Shown here piece by piece: positions 44,548 to 53,128 of a stretch of DNA of 64,000 bases (the stretch's first letter is position 1; every line of letters begins with the position of its first letter). The notes below the pieces were generated by a model. That model did no database searches. It saw nothing but the letters and a program-made list of their open reading frames with translations, and was not told the DNA's origin. The stretch is taken from the NCBI GenBank assembly GCA_044449085.1, contig JBIOHR010000001.1:1134-65133 (forward strand), in the 5' to 3' direction. The position numbers were made by a program, and so were the translations under genes. The stretch is from Gemmatimonadales bacterium (GTDB lineage: Bacteria; Gemmatimonadota; Gemmatimonadetes; Gemmatimonadales; Gemmatimonadaceae).

Positions 44548-45030
44548 CTAAAGCACCAACGCCTGTCTCACAATTTCGGCGACGTCGACGATGAGCGCCG
44601 TTTCCGCCCGCGACCCGCCGACATGCGCCAGGCCGCGGACAATCCCGCCTGCCGCGCGCTGCGAGTCGACAGTCTCGAGCGCGTCCTCCGACACATACTG
44701 CACGTCCCGCACTTCATCCACGCCGATCCCGAACGCCTTTCCCGCCGCCTCAACCACGACGATCGACTTGGCCCCGCCGCCGTCGGCATTGAACCGGACC
44801 GCCAGGTCGACCACCGTCACGAGCGTGCCGCGCAGGTTGATCAGGCCACGCACCCATGCCGGGGCGCCCGGCAGGCGCGTCGCCGGCCGCATCGCCACGA
44901 TCTCCCGCACCGCCTCGAGATCGCACGCGCACAGCCGTCCCGCGACCCCGAACAGGAGGAAGCGGCGAAGCTCCAGATCAGCCGTCGACTCTATAGAAGC
45001 CAAGGTACTCCAGCGGATCAGGGTGGGCAA
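44548..45030 (-). CDS. cheW: chemotaxis coupling protein CheW
   Basis: CheW core FLLFGVAGRLCACDLEAVREIV...LPGAPAWVRGLINLRGTLVTVVDLAVRF. The start is uncertain: TTG at 45030 (53-nt overlap with rluD) or TTG at 45003 (26-nt overlap). Confidence 0.85.
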   Translation of the reverse strand: MPTLIRWSTLASIESTADLELRRFLLFGVAGRLCACDLEAVREIVAMRPATRLPGAPAWVRGLINLRGTLVTVVDLAVRFNADGGGAKSIVVVEAAGKAFGIGVDEVRDVQYVSEDALETVDSQRAAGGIVRGLAHVGGSRAETALIVDVAEIVRQALVL

Positions 45031-45958
45031 TCAAATCCGCCATGTCCGACGCCGAAATCAGTGACTGCCGCAGGTCCTCCGGCAACCTCGACCGGAAGTC
45101 GAGCAGCTCACCCGTGACCGGGTGCTTGAAGACGAGCCAGCCCGCATGGAGGAAATGCCGCCTCGGCGGCAGCCCCATCAGCCGCCGCGCCCCGCCGCCC
45201 CCGTACGTGTCGTCACCCACGACCGGATGGCCGACCGACTCGAGGTGCACGCGAATCTGGTGCGTGCGTCCGGAGTGCAGGTGGGCGCGCAGCAGTTCGC
45301 TCGTGTCGAATCGCGCCAGCCGGTGAAAATCGGTGCGTGCCGCCCGTCCCGCCGACGCGATTGTCATGCGCTTGCGGTTGTTCGGATCGCGCCCGATCGG
45401 CCGGTCGACGGTGAAGTCGTCCTTTTCAATGTGCCCCCAGCTGAGCACGGCGTAACGGCGCGCGACGCGACGCTCGGTGATCGCCTTGCCGAGCGTGCGC
45501 AGCGCGCGCTCCGTCTTCGCGACGACGATCAGCCCCGAGGTGTCCTTGTCGAGGCGGTGCACGAGTCCGGCCCGCTCGTCGGTCGCGCCCCCGGCCAAAC
45601 CCTGCCCGCGCCCCTTCAACGCGTTCACGAGCGTCCCGGTCCAGTTTCCGGGCGCGGGGTGGACCACCATGCCCGCAGGCTTGTCCACCACCAGCAGTTC
45701 GTCGTCCTCGTACGCGATCGAGAGCGGGATATTCTCGCCCTCGACGGTGCGCGCCCGGCTCGCGGGAACTTCGACGACTACTTCGTTGCCGTGCTCGGCC
45801 TTGAAGCTCGCCTTTTGCCGCCGTCCGTCGACGAGCACCGCGCCCGTCGCGATGAGCGTGGCAGCCTGGGAACGGGAGAGGTCGAGACGGCGCGCGACGA
45901 GGAGGTCCAGCCTCGCGGCGTCGTCCCCCTCAACCGTGAACCGCCGCGTCCGGTCCAC
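44978..45958 (-). CDS. rluD: 23S rRNA pseudouridine synthase, RluA family (RluD-type)
   Basis: 326 aa. S4 domain (RLDLLVARRL.LSRSQAATLI), then VVDKPAGMVVHP and HRLDKDTSGLIVVAK catalytic Asp block, and GRTHQIRVH. Confidence 0.93.
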   Translation of the reverse strand: MDRTRRFTVEGDDAARLDLLVARRLDLSRSQAATLIATGAVLVDGRRQKASFKAEHGNEVVVEVPASRARTVEGENIPLSIAYEDDELLVVDKPAGMVVHPAPGNWTGTLVNALKGRGQGLAGGATDERAGLVHRLDKDTSGLIVVAKTERALRTLGKAITERRVARRYAVLSWGHIEKDDFTVDRPIGRDPNNRKRMTIASAGRAARTDFHRLARFDTSELLRAHLHSGRTHQIRVHLESVGHPVVGDDTYGGGGARRLMGLPPRRHFLHAGWLVFKHPVTGELLDFRSRLPEDLRQSLISASDMADLIAHPDPLEYLGFYRVDG

Positions 45959-46484
45959 TCGCCTTCACGCCGGACTGGGCGGCGGCCGCGGCCGCCGTGT
46001 CTTCCTTCCAGAGCACGATCGCCAGCAGCACCGCGCCGCAGGTGACGGCCATGTCGGCCACGTTGAACGTCGGCCACCGCAGCGTGCCGACGCCGACGTC
46101 GATGAAATCCACCACGCCGCGTGCCGACCTGAGCCGGTCGACGAGGTTGCCGAGCGCGCCGCCGCACACGAGCGAGAGCGCCAGCGTGCGCACCGTGTCG
46201 CCCGGACGCGTCGTTCGATAGAGCTCCCACAGCAGCACGAGCGCGCCGACGGTGAGCGCGGTGAAAATCCACCGCGACCACGGGCCGAGATGCAGGCCGA
46301 AGGCGGCGCCCGGATTGAAGACGAGCGTCAGCCGGAGCGTCTCGCCGATTACCGCGCGCGGCAGGCGCGCCGGCATCAGCCGGTCGACCGCCATGATCTT
46401 CGTGAACGCGTCGACGAGCACGACCGACGCGGCGAGCCCGAAGAACAGGCGCGAATTCGGATTACTTCTTGCCATCTTCCTCAC
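45930..46484 (-). CDS. lspA: lipoprotein signal peptidase II
   Basis: 184 aa (or start at the ATG at 46475). NPGAAFG, GGALGNLVDR, VVDFID and FNVADM motifs. Confidence 0.93.
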   Translation of the reverse strand: MRKMARSNPNSRLFFGLAASVVLVDAFTKIMAVDRLMPARLPRAVIGETLRLTLVFNPGAAFGLHLGPWSRWIFTALTVGALVLLWELYRTTRPGDTVRTLALSLVCGGALGNLVDRLRSARGVVDFIDVGVGTLRWPTFNVADMAVTCGAVLLAIVLWKEDTAAAAAAQSGVKASGPDAAVHG

Positions 46485-46881
46485 GCTGCTTGCACTCGAT
46501 GCAGAAGCGAGCGTGCGGCAGCGCGTCGAGCCGGTCGAAGCCGATCTCGCCGCCGCACTGGTGACAGCGGCCGTAGGTCTCCGGCGACCGGTAGAGGCGG
46601 CGCAGCGCCTCGTCGATGTGCCAGAGGAAGCGCCCCTCCTGGCTCGCGAAGAGGAACGCCTTCTCGCGTTCGCTCGCGTCGGTCCCCTGGTCGGCCATGT
46701 GGAACGAGTACGACGACAGGTCGCCGTCGGCGCCCTGCGGCGTGGAGCCGAAGGTCTCGTCGTAATGGCCGAGTTCCTTCAGCACGCGCTTGCGCTCTTC
46801 GAGCAGCCGTTTTTCGAAATGCTGGATCTGCTTCTTGACCATCGGCTTGAACTTCTTATCGCCTTCCGCTGTTGGCGCCAT
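46462..46881 (-). CDS. TraR/DksA family C4 zinc-finger protein
   Basis: 139 aa. Coiled-coil N-terminus and CHQCGGEIGFDRLDALPHARFCIECK, a four-Cys finger. Confidence 0.85.
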   Translation of the reverse strand: MAPTAEGDKKFKPMVKKQIQHFEKRLLEERKRVLKELGHYDETFGSTPQGADGDLSSYSFHMADQGTDASEREKAFLFASQEGRFLWHIDEALRRLYRSPETYGRCHQCGGEIGFDRLDALPHARFCIECKQREEDGKK

Positions 46882-46883
46882 CG

Positions 46884-49800
46884 TCAGGTGTCCCTTGTGA
46901 GTGCTATATGAGCGGTCATCCCGTCGAGCTCGAGCGCGACGGCCGTTGGATCAGCCGAGAGAACGTCGGTGACAATCATCTCCCGGGCGAGCACTTCACC
47001 GGCGATCCACTGCCGGTGCTGTTCTGCAATCGCACGCAACGTGTCGGGACCGGCGATCTGCAGCCGGATCCGGTCGCTCACGGCGAGTCCCGTATCCTTC
47101 CGAAGCCGCTGCACGCGGCTCACCATTTCCCGTGCAATACCCTCCGCCCGCAGTTCCGGTGTCACGGTCGCGTCGATCGCCGCGAACCGCGCTCCGTCCT
47201 CCTGCACCACCAGCGGCCCGCTCGCCTTGCGGTGGATCGTGACTTCGTCGACGGTGAGCCGGTGGTCCGTGCCGTCCACGCCGATGATCACCGGCTCGCC
47301 GCGCTCGAATGCGCGCAGCGTGTCCGTGGAAAGCGCCGCCACAGCGGCTGCTGCCCGCGGCGTCTCCTTTCCCCAGCGCTGGCCGAGCGCGCGGAAGTTC
47401 GGCTTGGCTTCGAGTGAAACGAGTGCGTCGGCGCTCGACGCGAACTCCACCGCCTTCACGTTGAGCTCGGCGGCCAGCAGCGGAACGAGCTCCTGCACGA
47501 ACGCCTCCACGCCGGCCTCGTGCCGCGGCAGCACGCAGACCATCCGGGCCAGCGGCTGGCGCACGTTCACGCCCGCGGCCTCGCGCGCCGCGCGCCCGAG
47601 TGTGGCGAGCGTCCGGATCTCGCGCATCGCCTCCTCGAGCATCGGCTTCGGCGAGAACGGCTCCGGCCGCACGTACGGCGCGAGGTGCACCGACTCGCCG
47701 GTGAGCTCGCGATGCATCCAGTCGGTGACGAACGGCGCGAACGGCGCCAGCAGGCGGCAGGCGGCCACGAGCACCTCGTGCAGCGTCGCGAACGCCGCGC
47801 GGCTGTCCGTCCCGCGCACGTCCCAGAAACGCTCGCGCGACCGGCGCACGTACCACTTGGACACGTCGTCATCCACGAACTCCATCACGACGCGCGCGGC
47901 GCCGGTCGCGTCATACTCGCCGAGCAAGCGCGACGCCTCGGCCTCCACCGTGGCGAGCCGCGACAGCACCCATCGGTCGAGTGCGGGCCGGCTCTCGCGT
48001 CCCGGGTCCGCCGGCGACGGCGCCCAGCCGAAGTTCGCGTACTCGGCAAACACGCCGCTGTACAAATTCTTGAGCGTGACGAGAAACCGCCCGGCGGTTC
48101 CCCGAATCACGTTCTCGTCGAAGCTGCGCGGCTTCCACACCTGGCTCGCCGTCGTGAGAAAGAGCCGCACGGCGTCCGCCCCGTGGCGCTCCATCACCGC
48201 CATCGGCTCGACCGTGTTGCCCTTGCTCTTGGACATCTTCTGGCCGTTCGCATCGAGCACGAGGTCGTTGACGACGACGTTCCGGTAGGGCCGAGCCAGC
48301 GGATTCACGTCGGCGTTCGCCGGCGCGGTGCCGCCGGCCGCCGCGCCGCGCGGCGCAAGCGCATCGCCGAGTCCCGTCGCGATCGCGAGCAGCGAGTAGA
48401 ACCACCCGCGCGTCTGGTCGACGCCTTCGGCGATGAAATCCGCCGGGAAGTGGCGCGTGAATTTGTCCGCGTGCTCGAACGGGTAGTGCCACTGGGCGAA
48501 CGGCATCGAGCCCGAATCGAACCACGCGTCGATCACTTCGGGCGCTCGCCGCATGGTTCCCTTGCCGGACTTCGCGGGCCAGGTGTAATCGTCGATGAAC
48601 GGCTTGTGCGGGTCGAAGTCGGCGGCGAGCACGCGGCCGCTGCGCGCCGCGAGTTCCGCAAAGCTCCCGATCGCTTCGATCTCCGCCGGATCCTCGTCGT
48701 TCACCCAGACCGGCAGCGGTGTGCCCCAGTAGCGGTCCCGCGAAATGGCCCAGTCGATGTTGTTCTCCAGCCACACGCCGAAGCGACCGGTGCCCATCTC
48801 CGGCGGCGTCCAGTTGACCGCCGCGTTGCGCGCGATCATCTCGTCCTTGAACGCGGTCGTGCGCACGAACCACGACGAGCGCGCGTAGTAGAGCAGCGGC
48901 GTGCCGCAGCGCCAGCAGTGCGGATACGGGTGGCGCACCGTGCCGGCCTTCCAGAGCACGTCGCGCTTCTTGAGCTCGTCGATGATCTGCTGCGCCGCGT
49001 CGCGCACCTTCATCCCGCCGACGACCGGGATGTCCGCCGGAAACTCGCCGCGCGCGTTCACGGGCTGCAGGAACGCGAGCCCGTGCTTCTTCCCCGCGAT
49101 GTAGTCGTCCGCGCCGAACGCCGGCGACATGTGCACGACGCCGGAACCGTCGTCGGCCGACACGAAATCTTCGGCAACGATCACCTCGTGTTCGCCCTCC
49201 GGGTACGCGACCCAGTCGAGCGGGCGACGGTAGCGCATGCCCGCAAGCTCGGCGCCGGTGAACGTCGCCACGATCTCCCACTTGGTGCTCCACTCCTGGC
49301 CGAGCACCGCCGCCGCGCGCGATTCCGCGAGCAGCAGCGTCCAGTCCGTCCGCCCGTTCTTGCGCACCTCGATGTACGTGAGTTCCGGATTCACCGCGAG
49401 CGCCGCGTTCGAGAGCAGCGTCCATGGCGTGGTGGTCCAGACCACGATGCGCCGCCGGCCTGCCGCGTCCCGGCGCACCGCCTCCCCATCCCTCACCAAG
49501 TCGAGCGCCAGGTAGACGCTCGGGTCGTCGGTATCCTCGTATCCCTGCGCGACCTCGTGCGACGACAGCGACGTGCCGCAGCGCGGACAGTACGGCAGAA
49601 TCTTGTGGCCCGCGTACAGCAGCTGCTTGTCGAAGAGTGTCTTCAGCGCCCACCACACGCTCTCGACGTACTCGTTCGAGTACGTGACGTAGGGATCGTC
49701 GTAGTCGAGCCAGTACCCCATGCGCGCGCTGAGCCGCTCCCACTCCTCGCGGTACTTCCACACGCTTTCGCGGCACAGCCGGTTGAACTCGGCGACGCCG

Positions 49801-50162
49801 ACACGCTCGATGTCCTGCTTGCCGCTGATGCCGAGCGCCTTCTCGACCTCGATCTCCACGGGAAGCCCGTGCGTGTCCCATCCGGCCTTGCGTGACACGT
49901 GGAATCCACGCATCGCGCGATACCGGCAGAAGAGGTCCTTCAGCGTGCGCGCGAACACATGATGAATGCCGGGACGCCCGTTGGCGGTGGGCGGCCCCTC
50001 GAAAAACACGAACTCGGGCGCGCCCTCACGGGCGGACACCGACCGGCGAAAGAGTTTCTCCTCTTTCCAGCACGCGAGGAGTTCGTCTTCCATCTCGCGC
50101 GCGGGCTGCTCCGGAGGAAGCTTGCGATAGCGCACGGCGTGATCCACGGCGCCCGCGGTCAT
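46884..50162 (-). CDS. ileS: isoleucine--tRNA ligase (type 2, PGIHH-type HIGH motif)
   Basis: 1092 aa. GPPTANGRPGIHHVFAR (HIGH region), a CP1 editing domain, KMSKSKGN, and a long C-terminal extension. The start overlaps the punA stop (ATGA). Confidence 0.96.
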   Translation of the reverse strand: MTAGAVDHAVRYRKLPPEQPAREMEDELLACWKEEKLFRRSVSAREGAPEFVFFEGPPTANGRPGIHHVFARTLKDLFCRYRAMRGFHVSRKAGWDTHGLPVEIEVEKALGISGKQDIERVGVAEFNRLCRESVWKYREEWERLSARMGYWLDYDDPYVTYSNEYVESVWWALKTLFDKQLLYAGHKILPYCPRCGTSLSSHEVAQGYEDTDDPSVYLALDLVRDGEAVRRDAAGRRRIVVWTTTPWTLLSNAALAVNPELTYIEVRKNGRTDWTLLLAESRAAAVLGQEWSTKWEIVATFTGAELAGMRYRRPLDWVAYPEGEHEVIVAEDFVSADDGSGVVHMSPAFGADDYIAGKKHGLAFLQPVNARGEFPADIPVVGGMKVRDAAQQIIDELKKRDVLWKAGTVRHPYPHCWRCGTPLLYYARSSWFVRTTAFKDEMIARNAAVNWTPPEMGTGRFGVWLENNIDWAISRDRYWGTPLPVWVNDEDPAEIEAIGSFAELAARSGRVLAADFDPHKPFIDDYTWPAKSGKGTMRRAPEVIDAWFDSGSMPFAQWHYPFEHADKFTRHFPADFIAEGVDQTRGWFYSLLAIATGLGDALAPRGAAAGGTAPANADVNPLARPYRNVVVNDLVLDANGQKMSKSKGNTVEPMAVMERHGADAVRLFLTTASQVWKPRSFDENVIRGTAGRFLVTLKNLYSGVFAEYANFGWAPSPADPGRESRPALDRWVLSRLATVEAEASRLLGEYDATGAARVVMEFVDDDVSKWYVRRSRERFWDVRGTDSRAAFATLHEVLVAACRLLAPFAPFVTDWMHRELTGESVHLAPYVRPEPFSPKPMLEEAMREIRTLATLGRAAREAAGVNVRQPLARMVCVLPRHEAGVEAFVQELVPLLAAELNVKAVEFASSADALVSLEAKPNFRALGQRWGKETPRAAAAVAALSTDTLRAFERGEPVIIGVDGTDHRLTVDEVTIHRKASGPLVVQEDGARFAAIDATVTPELRAEGIAREMVSRVQRLRKDTGLAVSDRIRLQIAGPDTLRAIAEQHRQWIAGEVLAREMIVTDVLSADPTAVALELDGMTAHIALTRDT

Positions 50163-51040
50163 CGCATGCGCTCCAGCACGCCGCGCACGAGCGTGGTGAG
50201 GTGCGGTTCTGCGCCGCGCGCCGCCGCGATGATGCGCTCGAGCGTCACCGGCTCGAGCGTCTCGGGCACCGCCATGTCGGTGATGATCGAAAGACCGAGC
50301 ACGCGCATCCCCGCGTGGCCCGCAACGATCACCTCGGGCACGGTGGACATCCCGACGACATCCGCGCCGATCGTCCGCAGCATCCGGTATTCCGCGCGCG
50401 TCTCGAGGTTCGGGCCCGCGACCGCCGCGTACACGCCCTCGCGCACGGTGATGCCGTGCTGCGCGGCCACCGCCCGTGCAACTTCGCGCAGGCGCGCATC
50501 GTACGGCGCGCTCATGTCCGGAAAGCGCGGCCCAAGCGAGTCGTCATTGGGGCCGATGAGCGGACTGTCACCGAGCAGGTTGATGTGATCCGCGATGAGC
50601 ATCACCTCGCCCGGATGCCACTCGGCGCGCACCGTTCCGCATGCGTTGCTGACGATGAGCGTGCGCGCGCCGAGCGCGTGCAGCACGCGCACGGGAAAGG
50701 TCACCTGCTGGAGCGAGTAGCCCTCGTACCGGTGGAAGCGCCCCTGCATCGCGGCGACGCGGCGACCGCCGAGCGAGCCAAGGAGCAGGCGCCCCGTGTG
50801 TGACTCGACGGTCGAGAGCGGAAACCCCGGGATGTCGGCGTAGGGGACGGTGGCCTCGACGTCGATCGCATCGCCGAGCCCGCCGAGTCCCGTGCCGAGC
50901 ACGATGGCGACGTCCGGCGCAGCCGCCGACCCGGCGCGCGCGCGGATGGCCGCAGCCGCATCGCGCACCGGCCCGGCGCGATGCGCGTGCTCCGCGCCCC
51001 CGGTGACGTCGGGGCGTGTCGTCTCCTGCACAGCCTCCAC
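50159..51040 (-). CDS. punA: purine nucleoside phosphorylase (trimeric PNP / PunA type)
   Basis: 293 aa. VAIVLGTGLGGL, IPGFP.STVESHTGRLLLG, MQGRFHRYEGY, NACG and VGMSTVPEV motifs. Confidence 0.9.
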   Translation of the reverse strand: MEAVQETTRPDVTGGAEHAHRAGPVRDAAAAIRARAGSAAAPDVAIVLGTGLGGLGDAIDVEATVPYADIPGFPLSTVESHTGRLLLGSLGGRRVAAMQGRFHRYEGYSLQQVTFPVRVLHALGARTLIVSNACGTVRAEWHPGEVMLIADHINLLGDSPLIGPNDDSLGPRFPDMSAPYDARLREVARAVAAQHGITVREGVYAAVAGPNLETRAEYRMLRTIGADVVGMSTVPEVIVAGHAGMRVLGLSIITDMAVPETLEPVTLERIIAAARGAEPHLTTLVRGVLERMR

Positions 51041-51043
51041 GAT

Positions 51044-51604
51044 CTACTCCGCTTTGACGTTTGCGTCGAGCCAGGAAGCGCCCTTCGCCGGTGCCTGCCT
51101 CGCGTCGCCACCCTCGGTCTGCGTGCGCGCGGGCTCCGCGCTCGCCGCCTCCGCGGACTGCAGCTCCGCCAGATGGCGCTCCGCCATCGAGCGCATGTGC
51201 GCGAGGTAGGTGCGCCGCGCGCGCTCGAGCGCATCGATGTCGACCTGGAGCCGGTGCACTTCGGCGCGCGCGTCATCGAGCGCGCGCTCACCCTCGGCGC
51301 GCGCCTCTCGCAGGATGAGCTGTGCCTCGCGGTCGGCCTGCTCGCGCGTTTCGGCGCGCAGCTGCTGCGCGGAGATCAGCGCATCGTTCAGCGCCTTGTC
51401 GCGTTCGCGAAACGCGCGCAGCTGCTCGTGGAAGCCCTTGGCCTTGGCCTCGAGTTCCTGCGCCACGCGGCTCATCCGTTCGAGCTCGTCGGCCACATCG
51501 TCACGGAACCGATCCACGCGCGTCTTGTCGTAGCCGCGCAGCGCCGACCCGAAGTCGTAGCGCCGCACGTCCACCGGTGTCAGGTGAAAGGCCTCGTCAG
51601 TCAT
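51044..51604 (-). CDS. divIVA: DivIVA domain protein
   Basis: 186 aa. The N-terminal lipid-binding domain LTPVDVRRYDFGSALRGYDKTRVDRFRDDV is followed by a long coiled coil. Confidence 0.9.
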   Translation of the reverse strand: MTDEAFHLTPVDVRRYDFGSALRGYDKTRVDRFRDDVADELERMSRVAQELEAKAKGFHEQLRAFRERDKALNDALISAQQLRAETREQADREAQLILREARAEGERALDDARAEVHRLQVDIDALERARRTYLAHMRSMAERHLAELQSAEAASAEPARTQTEGGDARQAPAKGASWLDANVKAE

Positions 51605-52303
51605 TTACGTCCTCGCTCCGAACAGGACCGTGCCCAACCGCACCATCGTCGCGCCCTCTTCCACCGCGATCGCATAGTCTCCCGACATTCCCATCGACAG
51701 TTCGCGCGCGGGGTGACCCGCAGCGACCAGGATTTCTCGCGAGGCGCGTGCGCCAGCGAACACCTCCCGCAGCGCGCGCTCGTCCGCGTCGAACGGCGCC
51801 ATCGTCATCACGCCCGCGATCCGCACACCCGCCTTCGACCGCAGCCGCTCCGCTTCCGCCCTCACATCCGACGTCGCGAACCCACCCTTGGTTTCCTCGC
51901 CGGCGATGTTCACCTGCAGGAGCGCGTCCACCGGCCGGCCGCGCTTCGAGCCGAAATCGCCGACCGTATCGGCAAGCCGCGAGCTATCCAGCGCGTGCAG
52001 CATTGCGAACCGGTCAAGAAACTTCACCTTGTTGCGCTGCAGGTGTCCGATCAGGTGCCACCGCAGCCCCGCGGCCGCGGCGACCGGTCCGTGCAAGGCA
52101 TCCTGTTTGTCGAGCGCCTCCTGCACTTTGTTCTCGCCGACATCGAGGACTCCCGCGCGCATTGCGGCTTCGACAGCCTCCGGCCCGTGCGTCTTGGTGA
52201 CGGCGATGATCCGGACCTCCTGGCGATGTCCACCACGCCGCACCGCGTCCGCGATGAGCCCCCTGATTTCGGCGACTCGTTCGTTGACGTCTGGAAATGG
52301 CAT
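51605..52303 (-). CDS. yggS: YggS family pyridoxal-phosphate homeostasis protein
   Basis: 232 aa. VTKTH (PLP Lys), WHLIGHLQRNK and SMGMSGDY motifs. The stop abuts the divIVA start. Confidence 0.92.
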   Translation of the reverse strand: MPFPDVNERVAEIRGLIADAVRRGGHRQEVRIIAVTKTHGPEAVEAAMRAGVLDVGENKVQEALDKQDALHGPVAAAAGLRWHLIGHLQRNKVKFLDRFAMLHALDSSRLADTVGDFGSKRGRPVDALLQVNIAGEETKGGFATSDVRAEAERLRSKAGVRIAGVMTMAPFDADERALREVFAGARASREILVAAGHPARELSMGMSGDYAIAVEEGATMVRLGTVLFGART

Positions 52304-52471
52304 AACACACGAAATTATCGAGGTTTACCTCGTTCGGGCAAGGCCCGCGTTCAGCCGAGTGGTGGCAACGTCCCCGTTGTGCCCGAGACGGTGGTGAGTC
52401 AGACGTCATCGTCTGCGGAACCTGCATACTTTGCACAGGTTCAATCAACACCACCTGAAAGGAACTGCCAC

Positions 52472-53071
52472 ATGCGACGAATAGCCCTGCTCGGTCTCGT
52501 GATCATGGTCGGCTGCACACCGGCGAGCGCACCGAAGCTTGTGTCTGGTGTCGTTCTTACGAACAGCGCCTCCGCCGCGGGCCTGTTCCCCGGCGACACG
52601 TTTCACGTGACGGCAACGCCGTACGACGCCACCGGCACCCCGATCCCGATCACCACGTTCCCGCCGACGTATTCGAGCAGCAACACCAGCGTCGCGACCG
52701 TCAGTTCCGGCGGGCTGGTCACCGCAGTGGCTCCGGGAACGACCAAGCTCCAGGCGCAAGCCGACGGGATATTCTCCGGCGCATATCTGATCACGGTCGA
52801 TGGAAACGTGACCTCGCGCATCGTGGTCACGCCGAACGCTCCGCTGGTGACGGCCGGGAACCAGATTCAGCTCACCGCGGTGGTGTATACGACAGTGGGC
52901 AACCCTGCGCGCGGGAAATCCGTAACGTGGTCGACGTCGGACGCGACCAAGGCGACGGTCGACGGCTCGGGTAACGTCTCGGGCGTCGCCGCGACGACCG
53001 GGGTGTCGATCTGCGCCACCTCCGTCGACGCACCGTCCGTCCAGGGGTGCGCGACCGTGACCGTTCACTAG
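52472..53071 (+). CDS. lipoprotein with two bacterial Ig-like (Big_2) domains
   Basis: Only the last 199 aa of the 696-aa track ORF look real. The ATG at 52472 is preceded by GAAAGGAA. The lipobox is MRRIALLGLVIMVGC. Two repeats of the Big_2 pattern follow (F.VTATPYDATG....SSSNTSVATVSSGGLVTAVAPGTT, and LTAVVYT..G......VTWSTSDATKATVDGSGNVSGVA.G). Confidence 0.8.
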   Translation: MRRIALLGLVIMVGCTPASAPKLVSGVVLTNSASAAGLFPGDTFHVTATPYDATGTPIPITTFPPTYSSSNTSVATVSSGGLVTAVAPGTTKLQAQADGIFSGAYLITVDGNVTSRIVVTPNAPLVTAGNQIQLTAVVYTTVGNPARGKSVTWSTSDATKATVDGSGNVSGVAATTGVSICATSVDAPSVQGCATVTVH

Positions 53072-53128
53072 CGACGAAACGCTGCGGCCGCCGCGCCCCG
53101 CCGACCCGCGGCGGAGCCGGCGCCGCGC

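Noticed and set aside
26403-45030. The chemosensory/Mgl block as a tRNA-Val-associated genomic island.
   Set aside because: No integrase, transposase or phage genes are present. I found no direct repeat of the tRNA 3-prime end at the far boundary. The base composition and codon style are indistinguishable from the flanking housekeeping genes. The block is continuous with the rluD operon.
50981-52471. The N-terminal 497 aa of track ORF 50981..53071(+) as part of a large plus-strand protein.
   Set aside because: That part runs antisense through punA, divIVA and yggS and is low-complexity. Only the segment from the ATG at 52472 has an RBS, a lipobox and Big_2 repeats.
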